NCBI GenBank assembly: GCA_963840035.1
Contig: CAWIXE010000001.1
Coordinates: 704,001 to 768,000 of the forward strand
Source: a candidate division FCPU426 bacterium
GTDB lineage: Bacteria > Oederibacteriota > PGYV01 > Palsa-1178
Direction: 5' to 3'
Length of the DNA: 64,000 nucleotides
The position numbers were made by a program, and so were the translations under genes. A model generated the notes under the pieces. The model was not told the DNA's origin. It saw only the letters and a program-made list of their open reading frames with translations, and searched no databases. Positions 49,297-58,568 of this stretch are shown here, piece after piece (position 1 is the first letter of the stretch; every line of letters begins with the position of its first letter).

Positions 49297-51402
49297 ATGA
49301 AAAAAACACGCGGGTTGCATATTCAGTTAATAAGACATACGGCACTGGTATTGCTGGTATGTTTTTTGGCATTTAATAGTATTACAGCAGCCGTGGCGCC
49401 GTGTTTTATACTGGAGTGGGGGACTACCGGGGCCGGAAACGGACAGTTTAAAAATCCGCTGGGTATCGCTGCGGATGGAGGCGGAACGGTATTTGTTTCT
49501 GACTGGGTAAACAAGAGAGTCGAATCTTTTGACAATACGGGAATATACTTGTCGCAATGGGGTGGGGCCGGCACCGGCAATGGGAAGTTTGACGGCCCAT
49601 ACGGTATGGCAATGGGAACCGGAGGAAATGTGTATGTGGTTGATTCTGGAAATAACAGGATCCAAATATTTGACAGCGCCGGAAATTACCTGGGCAAGTG
49701 GGGAACACCCGGGCCAGGTAACGGGCAGTTAAATAACCCTACGGGGATTGCGACGGATGTTTCTGGAAATGTGTATGTATGCGACTGGGGAAACGCAAGG
49801 ATACAAAAATTTGACAGTCTCGGCAATTATCTGAATCAGTGGGGGACATTAGGCCCGGGGAACAGCCAGTTTAACGGGCCTTACGGCATAGCGGTTGACG
49901 GATCGGGAAATGTGTTTGTGGCTGACTGGGGCAACAGCAGGATACAAAAATTCAGCAGTGCCGGAACATATATAACGCAGTGGGGCACGGCTGGCAGCGG
50001 AGACGGCGAATTTACGGGGCCGTACGGCATAGCAGTGGATACCGCCGGCAATGTATATGTCGCGGATGAATATAATTACAGGATTCAGGTATTCAGCGGC
50101 ACAGGCGCGTATATAACAAAGTGGGGGTCCATGGGGAGCGGGCCCGGTGAGTTTAATGTTCCTTCGGGAATAGCAGTGGATGGCAGCGGGTACATATATG
50201 TTACTGACCGGGATAATAACAGGGTGCAAAAATTCGGGCCGTGTACTACACCGACAATCACTCAGACAACAACACAAACATCGACCCCTACTTTTACACA
50301 TACACATACGCTTACGCATACTTTTTCACAGACACCCACGCATACCGCTTCCTGGACGCCTACTACGACATGCTCGATGACATTTACCATTACCGCGACC
50401 GCAACAAGCACTACAAGCCCTGCAAATACTTCCTCATACACCCGGACAAATACTCCTACATATACCAAAACTCCGGCTTATACCCTGTCAGCCACACCGT
50501 CATATACGGCATCATGCACCATGACGGCATCCGGGACTATAACTCCCGGTTATACATCGACCGAAAAGGCTACACTTTCATCCACGCCGACAGATACGCC
50601 GACTGCGACAAAAACAGCCACATCCACAATTACAGCCACATCATCGCGCACCGCTTCACAGACGGCTACACCATCAAAAACAATTACGGTATCTGCCGCA
50701 AATTCACCCACTGCGACACATACCCCTGTTGCCGCGAACTACAGTGTGGACCTGACAGCGCTGAAGACCGCAAGAGGTGAGGATGTGGCTGTCGGCGCGG
50801 TTTATACTTATACGCTCTTACTTGAAAACAATGACAGTCATGAGGCGAAAAACATCAGCATATGGGACACCATCCCTGACGGGCTTGCTGTGATATCAGC
50901 GGGGCTTAACCAATACCTTACCGTTACGGGCAATCTTTACAAATGGGACCTGCCGGCATCATACAACCTTTTTCCGGGAGGCCGTGTCGGCATAGATATA
51001 ACCGTCTCAATAAGCGTTATGCCCCCGGACGGTATTTTTAAGAATATATTTATGTGCGACTATAAAGACCCGGCGCATGATGTTTTAGGCCTGAGGCATG
51101 AACCTGTTGCTTCCGGGCAGTGTTTTTACCCGGGCGCGGTGCCTGTGGTGTACCCGAATCCGTTCAAGCTTTCTCTCGCGTACAAAAATATGAAATTCGG
51201 CAATATAACACCCGGATCAAATGTGCACGTATATACCTTAAGCGGAGAGAGGGTGTGGACCATGTATTGCAAAGGCATAATGGTTCGATGGGATCTGAAG
51301 AATACTTCGGGATTTATTGTTTCCCCGGGAATATACTACTACGTGATAAACAACCTATCAAGCGGTCAGACGCATGCAGGAAAGATATATATTACGAAAT
51401 AA
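49297..51402 (+). CDS. NHL-repeat beta-propeller, Thr-rich linker, DUF11-like domain, T9SS-like CTD
   Basis: Six G.F..P.GIA.D..G.VYV.D..N.RIQ.F repeats; YPNPF...VYTLSGE.V...WD..N..G..V.PGIY...GKIYITK. Confidence 0.88.
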   Translation: MKKTRGLHIQLIRHTALVLLVCFLAFNSITAAVAPCFILEWGTTGAGNGQFKNPLGIAADGGGTVFVSDWVNKRVESFDNTGIYLSQWGGAGTGNGKFDGPYGMAMGTGGNVYVVDSGNNRIQIFDSAGNYLGKWGTPGPGNGQLNNPTGIATDVSGNVYVCDWGNARIQKFDSLGNYLNQWGTLGPGNSQFNGPYGIAVDGSGNVFVADWGNSRIQKFSSAGTYITQWGTAGSGDGEFTGPYGIAVDTAGNVYVADEYNYRIQVFSGTGAYITKWGSMGSGPGEFNVPSGIAVDGSGYIYVTDRDNNRVQKFGPCTTPTITQTTTQTSTPTFTHTHTLTHTFSQTPTHTASWTPTTTCSMTFTITATATSTTSPANTSSYTRTNTPTYTKTPAYTLSATPSYTASCTMTASGTITPGYTSTEKATLSSTPTDTPTATKTATSTITATSSRTASQTATPSKTITVSAANSPTATHTPVAANYSVDLTALKTARGEDVAVGAVYTYTLLLENNDSHEAKNISIWDTIPDGLAVISAGLNQYLTVTGNLYKWDLPASYNLFPGGRVGIDITVSISVMPPDGIFKNIFMCDYKDPAHDVLGLRHEPVASGQCFYPGAVPVVYPNPFKLSLAYKNMKFGNITPGSNVHVYTLSGERVWTMYCKGIMVRWDLKNTSGFIVSPGIYYYVINNLSSGQTHAGKIYITK

Positions 51403-51471
51403 ACGACGACGACTAAAAAGGCAGCAAAAAATATTTTTGTTTGATTTATGATTCAAATAAAAGGAGACAAG

Positions 51472-52059
51472 ATGAATATTTTAATTGTACTTGCAAGCCA
51501 GAACAAAAACAGTTTTTGTAAAGCCATAGCGCGGACAGCGGCAAAGGCGCTGAAGGAAAAGGGGTGCGGGGTTGTGTTGCATGACCTTTACCTGGAAAAA
51601 TTCCCTCCTGTGCTGGAGGAAGGCGAGGATCAAAGCGGCGCAAAACCTCCCGCTATAATACAGAAGCATTGCAGGGACCTGTCCCGGGCTGACGGGATTA
51701 TAATCGTTCACCCCAACTGGTGGGGCGGGCCTCCGGCTATTCTTAAAGGCTGGATTGACAGGGTCATACGGGCGGGTGTCGCTTATAAGTTTGTAGGGCA
51801 GGACAAAGGCGAAGGCGTGCCTGTGGGACTGCTTGGCGCTAAGAAGGCCATGGTATTTAACACTTCAAATACAAAAGCCATAAGGGAAAAGAAAGTGTTC
51901 GGCGATCCGCTTGAAACCATCTGGAAGAACTGCGTGTTCGGCCTGTGCGGGGTAAAAGATTTTAAAAGAAAGATTTACGGCGTCATAATAACAAGCGCGG
52001 CCGCAGACAGAAAAAAATGGCTGAAGGACGCTGAAAAGACGGTTGTAGGATTTTTTTAA
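51472..52059 (+). CDS. NAD(P)H-dependent oxidoreductase (flavodoxin-like fold)
   Basis: DLY...F.P, HPNWWG.PPAILKGWIDRV. Confidence 0.9.
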   Translation: MNILIVLASQNKNSFCKAIARTAAKALKEKGCGVVLHDLYLEKFPPVLEEGEDQSGAKPPAIIQKHCRDLSRADGIIIVHPNWWGGPPAILKGWIDRVIRAGVAYKFVGQDKGEGVPVGLLGAKKAMVFNTSNTKAIREKKVFGDPLETIWKNCVFGLCGVKDFKRKIYGVIITSAAADRKKWLKDAEKTVVGFF

Positions 52060-52226
52060 GGGTTTGAAAATTGAAAAGTCAATTTACAAGGTCCGACACC
52101 AGTGAATTCCATATACACTTGAGGTATTTTAATTGTCTTTTTTGCAACGTTTTTGGCCGGGGGCGCATTCTATAATATAGAAGAGGCATGATTATGCCTA
52201 AAAAGGGAAGAAACGAGGCCGTGCTT

Positions 52227-55200
52227 ATGAAAAGGTCCCTGATCGCGCTGTTATTCGCGTTCCCGCTCAATTTGTTCGCCGCAACTGCCGGCGTGAGCGT
52301 GGATTACGGTTCTGATATCAATTATTTCTCCCCAGGCGCGGCTTTTTCCATCAATTCCGGCATATGGGACGGCGCAGGCATCGTCCAGGGCAATGCATGG
52401 CAGTTCCAGCGCGCCGGCATCAGGTACATCCGGTTCCCGGGCGGGTCCCACTCCAACAATTATCACTGGAACGGCAGCGGCTATTATGACACGGATAATA
52501 TATGGCATGTGAACGGGAGCCCCTCGCCGTCAGGCTTCGCCGCCGGGTTCGAGGTCAAGCCGGTTTTCAGGGGCACGACATCCCTCATATACGGGCGCAA
52601 GGGGAACGTAACCGATACGGACATGAACACATCGTGGAAGAGTTTCGCCGGCGAGACAGGGCCGCAGTGGATATACCTCAACATACAGACATCCTCCTAT
52701 CAGCCTGTGGTATGCGACAGGGTTGTCATAGAGTGGGGCGCGGACTACGCCGCCCAGTACAAGGTGCAATATTCGAACGCGAACTGGCCGGGTTCGTACG
52801 ACGCGTGGATATATAACGACACGGCATGGAAAGACACGTCGCCGGGGACCCTCAGCGGGACCGGAGGACATGACGACCGTTCATTTTCCGTGGTCAGCGC
52901 GAAGTTCATCAGGATACTATGCCTCGCGCCGTCTCCGGGAACGCAATATGAGATAAAGGACATAAAGGTATACAACGGCGCGGCGCAGGTATCGGTCAAC
53001 AGCGACGACCCGGTAACACAGACCGGTACTGTGACATCCTCCATGTCATATGGCGACCGGCCGGACTGGACGCCGGGTTATGACTTTGAGCGCTTCATGA
53101 CCGTATGCAGGTCGCTTACGCCGGCGGCTGAGCCGCTTATAACAATAAATTTTTTCACAGGCACCACGCAGGAGGCCGCTGACTGGGTGTATTACGCCAA
53201 CGTGGACAAGGGTTATGCAATTAAGTACTGGGAAATAGGGAATGAAAACTGGGGCAACTGGGAGTCGGGCGGCCCGGCAGGCCCCGAATTCTACTCCAGG
53301 AGGTTTGTGGACTTTTATGACGCCATGAAGGCCGTGGACCCGTCGATCACGGTGCTGCCGCAGTTTTGTTCCGCTGATGATCCGTGCAACGTGACATGCA
53401 ACGCATCCGGGAACCCGTCGGGCAGCGACCACTATATCGAGTCGTTCTTAAAGGGGCTCCAGTCCATGGGAAGATCGGACATAATAACCGGGATATCCAT
53501 ACACAGGTACGCGGCATACAACCCGCCGTCCGAGGCCTCTGTGCTTGCAAGCACAAATACATGGGACTTGGAACTCTCGGGCGCGGGGAAGCTTAATGAC
53601 TGGATAAACACATACTGCGGAGGGCCGGAGAAGACAAAAATATGGCTCACCGAATACAATGACGGCATAGACAGCAGGTATACCAACAATTATTACAACA
53701 GCCTTTTCATACCTTTGTTCATGCTCGGTTTTATAAAGAACGGCGGGGATTACGGGTTCTTATTCACGGATTTCGGAAACCCGGGCATGGGCCAGGCCCC
53801 CGGATTATACAGCGACCTTGGCGCCATCGAGAACGGGACCTTAACCGGACAGTACAGCCAGTTTAAGAACCAGCCTCGGTCGTCCTACTGGGGTTTATGG
53901 ATGCTCAACAACAGGTTCGCAGCCGCAGACTCCCTTGGAAATACCCTTGTCTCGTCATCCTCGACCCTGCCTTCTTTCAGGGTTTACGCTGACAAGCGTG
54001 GAGACAGGAAACTATCCGTGATGCTGGTAAATACCGACCCGGTAAACAGCGTGGACGCGAACCTGGCCATAACGGGTTTTACCCCGCTTGCCTCGGCCGA
54101 TGTCATGTCGTTTTCGCCGCAGCAGTACTCATGGGTGTCCACGCAGCTTACATCCCACGCCGATCCGGACCTGGCGCCGGTGGACTCGCAGATAAGCAAC
54201 GCCGCACCCGCTTTTTCCGTGAACGTCCCGGCTTATAACATAAAAATAATAACCATGTACGACGCTTCCAGGGAAACCCTGACGCCCTCCGTCACGCCCA
54301 CGCAGCCGCCCACTCCGACCATATCGCCGACACCGGACGTGAACGCCGGGACAATGCTTGACAACTGCGAGGACGGGAACCTTACGGACTTATGGAACGG
54401 GACATGGTCGGCTTACGGCGACGGGGTATCTTTTTATATGGCTCCGGGCATGACATGCGATGGGGCTGGAGCCGCAGGCACGAACTGTTATTTTAAGATA
54501 ACCGGCACAGTGGCCGCGGGAAACTGGGGTTTCGGGGTAAACTGCACGCTTAGCCCGTCATGGTCGCCGGTGGACCTCTCCGGTTATGACGCTATTGATT
54601 TTTACTTTAAGGGCGACGCCGCATCGCAAAAAAGGATAATACTCTCGGCTTCATCCACGGGCAGCGACTCCGCGCATTACGGATATGATTTCACGGCAAA
54701 TACGGGCTGGACGCGTTATACGATCCCATTTTCGTCGCTCACACAGCCGTCGTGGCTTACCACGCCTGTCGCGTGGACCGGCACTGACATACTCGGGGTG
54801 CAGTTCCAGACGCAGAACAACGGCGGCTATGAGGAAATGTGCGCCGACGAGATATCATTCCGGGTCTTCACCAAAACCCCCACAGCGGTAATCACGGCGA
54901 CATCCACTCCGGCTGTTATCGGGCCCACAGCCACCATAACTCCGACACAAGCGGCATCCGCGCTTATTCCCGGGGCCGGCAAACCCCCGCATATTTACCC
55001 TAACCCGTCAAAAGGCCTGGTCAATGTATTTTTGCCCGATGACAGAGGCGCGGATAAAGTCATAGTTACGCTGTATTCCGGCTCTTTCAGGCTTATACGC
55101 AGGTCAGAGCATGGCGCAAACCCTGAAAACATATATTCAATGGAGACAAAAGGGCTGGCAAGCGGCTCGTACGTATTGAGGGTAGTCCTGACACGCAAGG

Positions 55201-55247
55201 GCAGCACCATATACAGCAGCACGCAGCCGGTCATTGTGATAAAATAA
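52227..55247 (+). CDS. Clan-A glycoside hydrolase (GH44/51/79-like) with inserted F5/8-type domain, CBM11-like domain and T9SS-like CTD
   Basis: IRFPGGS.SN.YHW, YWEIGNE, WLTEYN; T.W.S...PQWI...V.I.W...YA..Y.VQ.S; YPNPSKG...VIVIK. Confidence 0.8.
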   Translation: MKRSLIALLFAFPLNLFAATAGVSVDYGSDINYFSPGAAFSINSGIWDGAGIVQGNAWQFQRAGIRYIRFPGGSHSNNYHWNGSGYYDTDNIWHVNGSPSPSGFAAGFEVKPVFRGTTSLIYGRKGNVTDTDMNTSWKSFAGETGPQWIYLNIQTSSYQPVVCDRVVIEWGADYAAQYKVQYSNANWPGSYDAWIYNDTAWKDTSPGTLSGTGGHDDRSFSVVSAKFIRILCLAPSPGTQYEIKDIKVYNGAAQVSVNSDDPVTQTGTVTSSMSYGDRPDWTPGYDFERFMTVCRSLTPAAEPLITINFFTGTTQEAADWVYYANVDKGYAIKYWEIGNENWGNWESGGPAGPEFYSRRFVDFYDAMKAVDPSITVLPQFCSADDPCNVTCNASGNPSGSDHYIESFLKGLQSMGRSDIITGISIHRYAAYNPPSEASVLASTNTWDLELSGAGKLNDWINTYCGGPEKTKIWLTEYNDGIDSRYTNNYYNSLFIPLFMLGFIKNGGDYGFLFTDFGNPGMGQAPGLYSDLGAIENGTLTGQYSQFKNQPRSSYWGLWMLNNRFAAADSLGNTLVSSSSTLPSFRVYADKRGDRKLSVMLVNTDPVNSVDANLAITGFTPLASADVMSFSPQQYSWVSTQLTSHADPDLAPVDSQISNAAPAFSVNVPAYNIKIITMYDASRETLTPSVTPTQPPTPTISPTPDVNAGTMLDNCEDGNLTDLWNGTWSAYGDGVSFYMAPGMTCDGAGAAGTNCYFKITGTVAAGNWGFGVNCTLSPSWSPVDLSGYDAIDFYFKGDAASQKRIILSASSTGSDSAHYGYDFTANTGWTRYTIPFSSLTQPSWLTTPVAWTGTDILGVQFQTQNNGGYEEMCADEISFRVFTKTPTAVITATSTPAVIGPTATITPTQAASALIPGAGKPPHIYPNPSKGLVNVFLPDDRGADKVIVTLYSGSFRLIRRSEHGANPENIYSMETKGLASGSYVLRVVLTRKGSTIYSSTQPVIVIK

Positions 55248-55432
55248 GAACACTGGTCGCCTCTTAACCCTTAGCCCTTTAAAGCAGGATCTAAGTGCTG
55301 AGGATAAGGGTTAAGTATAAGGATAAGGAAGGTCCGTTTGGACAGGCGGAACTATCAAACAGGCCGCGCAACGGTTTTTGATTTGGCGCATTATATAATA
55401 GAGAAGCATATACCTGAAAGGCAGGCGCGGCC

Positions 55433-58105
55433 ATGAAAAAGACCCTTGCGATTTTAATGTTTATTTTGACTTTGTCCGTTTCCGCCTTTGCCAATTACCT
55501 CACAACCAATCCATCCTTTGAAACAGGGAACCTGTCCTCATGGGGATTTTTCTGGATGCGGGACAGCGGGCCCGGTACAGCTTCGGCCTCAAATACATAT
55601 GCCCATACAGGGGCTTACTCTATGGACGTCAATTACCAGGGCTCTCAGGACTGGTCGCTGCCTTATGCCGCGTCAATGACGGTCACCCCGGGCGAGATAT
55701 GGAGCTACTCGGTATGGGTAAAAACTGTCACAAACACCAACAAGGTGGAATTTTCAGTAACAACAAGGGACTCATCGAATAACGTGCTGAACTGGTCGCA
55801 CGCGTATCAGTCCCGTACAGGAGTATTTGACTGGCAGCAGGTGCAGACAACTTTCGTAGTGCCGCCCAACTGCGCCAACATACAGTTCAGGTTCATGGGG
55901 GTTGGCGCGTGCGACGTTTACTTTGACGACGCGGACCTGGAGAGGACCGCTGCGGCTGTCCAGCCCCTGGATATAAGCGGCCAGGTATTCACCATCAGCA
56001 ACGGCGGGACATCGCTGGCCTATAACGGCGCCACCGGCAAGTTCGAAATAAAAAAACAATCATGGCCATCGGGATTCATCATGTCCGGTCCGGGCAACGC
56101 TTCGCTTACCGCCATCACTCCCACGTCAAGTTCCCTGGACATGCGGCTTGAGTCTGGCGCTGTGGTGGACGAACTTGTTTCCATAGATTCCTCAGGCGAC
56201 ATCACCATGAAATTCACCATGTCGGGGCCGGTCATGGGCGACATGGCATTCCCGGGCAGGCTCGAGTCGGCACCGGGCACATCCTGGGTCCTGCCGCAGA
56301 ACGAAGGGCTTTTGATACCTTCCAACGACACGTATTACATGCCGCCTTTTGAAAAATATTTTTACATGGGACACTCTGGCTTTTGCATGCCCATGCTGGG
56401 GTTAACGGACGGCGCCAGGGGGATATTATACATAATAGAAACGCCTGACGACGCCGGGGTGACGTACACGGCGCCGGCGGGCGGGAACACTTCCGCGTGG
56501 CAGGTGGTGTGGCAGCCGTCAAAAGGGGCATTCACATATGACAGGTCCATGAAGGTCCACCTGGAAGACGCGGGCGGGTATGTGTCGCTGGCAAAGGCTT
56601 ACAGGAATTACGCGGCGCTGCACGGCAAGGCAGTGACGCTCCTTCAGAAAAAAGCAGCGAACCCGAACCTTGATCTTTTAATGGGCGCGGCAGACATATG
56701 GTGGTGGCAAAACGCGCCGATTTGGTCGAAGGACTTAAACTGCACAGCAGCGGCAACTGAAATTAAAAACTCGGGATTTGACAGGGTGCTTTGGTCCCAG
56801 GAGGCTTCCGGCCAGGCAGTCGATGACATGAACGCCATGGGTTACCTCACAGGCACCTACGATATTTACCAGGATTCATTTGACCCGGCAAACGGGATAT
56901 CATGGGAACAGACCATAGGCTGGCCCAACGACCTTGTGCGCGACTGGCAGGGAAATATAGTGCCGGGATGGCTGGACATGGTCAATGGCGTCGGATATCA
57001 GGGCGGAAAGATATGCTCGCCAAGGGAAATATACTGGGCGGACACCCGCATACCCGGAAATCTCTCGACGCATAATTACAGGGCGCGGTTCATAGACACG
57101 ACCACGGCCACGGAACTCAACGAATGCTTTGACCCGAACCACCCGACGACCAGGAGCGACGACAGGAACTACAAAGGCCAGCTCCTGGCCAGGATCAAGG
57201 ATTATTACGGCATGATAACAGGCTCGGAGACGGGCATAGACTGGGGAGCGCCATATGTGCACTACTTCGAGGGTATGATGTCCATCGCGGATTACCGCGT
57301 GCCTAACGCCGGTTATGACCTGACCACATACATCGCGCCTTCCGCGGATTACCTGCGTTTTCAGACAGGGCCATTTTACAGGATACCCTTATTCGAGCTT
57401 GTCTACCACGACTGTGTGGTGACCACGTGGTACTGGGGCGACGCAAGCAACCGCATACCCGAGCTGTGGGACGACAAGGACCTGTATAACTGCCTCTACG
57501 GAACGCTTCCATTATATATAATGGATCCGGCCATCTGGGCGTCGAAAAAAACAAGGTTCGTGCAAAGCTTTAACTTAACCACGGCTGTCACGCGCAGGGT
57601 GGGGTATGAGGCCATGACAAAGCACGAATTCATAACAGCGGACCACTCCGTGCAGTGCACGGAATTTTCAGACGGGACAAGGGTGTGCGTGAACTTCGGG
57701 ACAGCGCCGTATACCCTCAATAACGGAATAGTGCTCGCTGCAAAAGGAATGACCATGACCGCGGCAGCAGGGCCCACAGCCACGCCCACGCCAATCATGA
57801 CGCCGACCCCGGCCGCGGGGCTTGCGCCCGAGGCTGGCAAACCCCCGCTGGTTTATCCGAACCCGGCAAAAGGGCACATGAACATATTCCTGCCGGACTC
57901 CAGGTCCTGCACGAAAGTGTCGGTGAGCCTTTACACCGGGTCATTCAGGCTGATAAGCAGGACCGCGCTTGACGCGGCCCCTGAGAACATATATGCCATA
58001 TCCTTGAAGGACATGGCAAACGGATGGTATGTGGTGAATGTGACGCTTGAAAAGGACGGGAAGCAGGTATACTCCAACACCCAGCCTTTTATCGTATTAA
58101 ATTAG
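55433..58105 (+). CDS. CBM4/9-like domain, GH129/DUF5696-like glycoside hydrolase, T9SS-like CTD
   Basis: NPSFE; LP.NEGLL, AK.YR, YD.YQD, F.DTTTA..L.EC...HP.TR, GSE.G, IPLFELVYHD; YPNPAKG...FIVLN. Confidence 0.72.
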   Translation: MKKTLAILMFILTLSVSAFANYLTTNPSFETGNLSSWGFFWMRDSGPGTASASNTYAHTGAYSMDVNYQGSQDWSLPYAASMTVTPGEIWSYSVWVKTVTNTNKVEFSVTTRDSSNNVLNWSHAYQSRTGVFDWQQVQTTFVVPPNCANIQFRFMGVGACDVYFDDADLERTAAAVQPLDISGQVFTISNGGTSLAYNGATGKFEIKKQSWPSGFIMSGPGNASLTAITPTSSSLDMRLESGAVVDELVSIDSSGDITMKFTMSGPVMGDMAFPGRLESAPGTSWVLPQNEGLLIPSNDTYYMPPFEKYFYMGHSGFCMPMLGLTDGARGILYIIETPDDAGVTYTAPAGGNTSAWQVVWQPSKGAFTYDRSMKVHLEDAGGYVSLAKAYRNYAALHGKAVTLLQKKAANPNLDLLMGAADIWWWQNAPIWSKDLNCTAAATEIKNSGFDRVLWSQEASGQAVDDMNAMGYLTGTYDIYQDSFDPANGISWEQTIGWPNDLVRDWQGNIVPGWLDMVNGVGYQGGKICSPREIYWADTRIPGNLSTHNYRARFIDTTTATELNECFDPNHPTTRSDDRNYKGQLLARIKDYYGMITGSETGIDWGAPYVHYFEGMMSIADYRVPNAGYDLTTYIAPSADYLRFQTGPFYRIPLFELVYHDCVVTTWYWGDASNRIPELWDDKDLYNCLYGTLPLYIMDPAIWASKKTRFVQSFNLTTAVTRRVGYEAMTKHEFITADHSVQCTEFSDGTRVCVNFGTAPYTLNNGIVLAAKGMTMTAAAGPTATPTPIMTPTPAAGLAPEAGKPPLVYPNPAKGHMNIFLPDSRSCTKVSVSLYTGSFRLISRTALDAAPENIYAISLKDMANGWYVVNVTLEKDGKQVYSNTQPFIVLN

Positions 58106-58179
58106 TTCGCGGCTTTTTAATCTTAATCATATCCTTAATTCTTATGCCGGGCGCTCTATACCATGACCCGTCTTCGTAA

Positions 58180-58370
58180 GCGGGAGCAAGCCCCCGCTCT
58201 ACAGTGTCTTTTGTAGAGAGGCGGCTTGTCCTGCCTCTCACAGTTGGCTATAATGATTTGCCTTTCCCTCGTAGGGGTGATTCACTTGTCCTGAGTTTAT
58301 TGAAGGACGAATCGCCCGCTTTTTGAGCAGGCCATATAAACGCATCCCCTCTCCCTCGAGGGAGAGGGTG
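58180..58370. repeat. Cluster of REP-like hairpins, one with a nested insertion
   Basis: AGCGGGAGCAAGCCCCCGCTCTAC; GTAGAGAGGC..GCCTCTC; interrupted GTAGGGG REP; CCCTCTCCCTCGAGGGAGAGGG. Confidence 0.75.
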
Positions 58371-58568
58371 CTGTAGCGGCACAAACCGCAATAAGGCGAA
58401 CACCGGATTACCGACACCTCAAGCAGGGTCCCGGCGGGATTTTTACGCAAAGTGTGTAGAACAAGAATTGCCTGTCATCACTGACACCTTTATGCAACTC
58501 TGAATACTTGCAACCATTCCGGCCTTCACGCATTATACAGGTGTAACAACGCCAGGCCGGAGGTTAAA

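Noticed and set aside
50241..50780. 179-aa Tyr/His/Asp-rich alternative-frame ORF
   Set aside because: Shadow of ACN-rich Thr linker codons; the same applies to antisense Val/Gly ORFs at 26198-26725, 32030-32614 and 62343-62696
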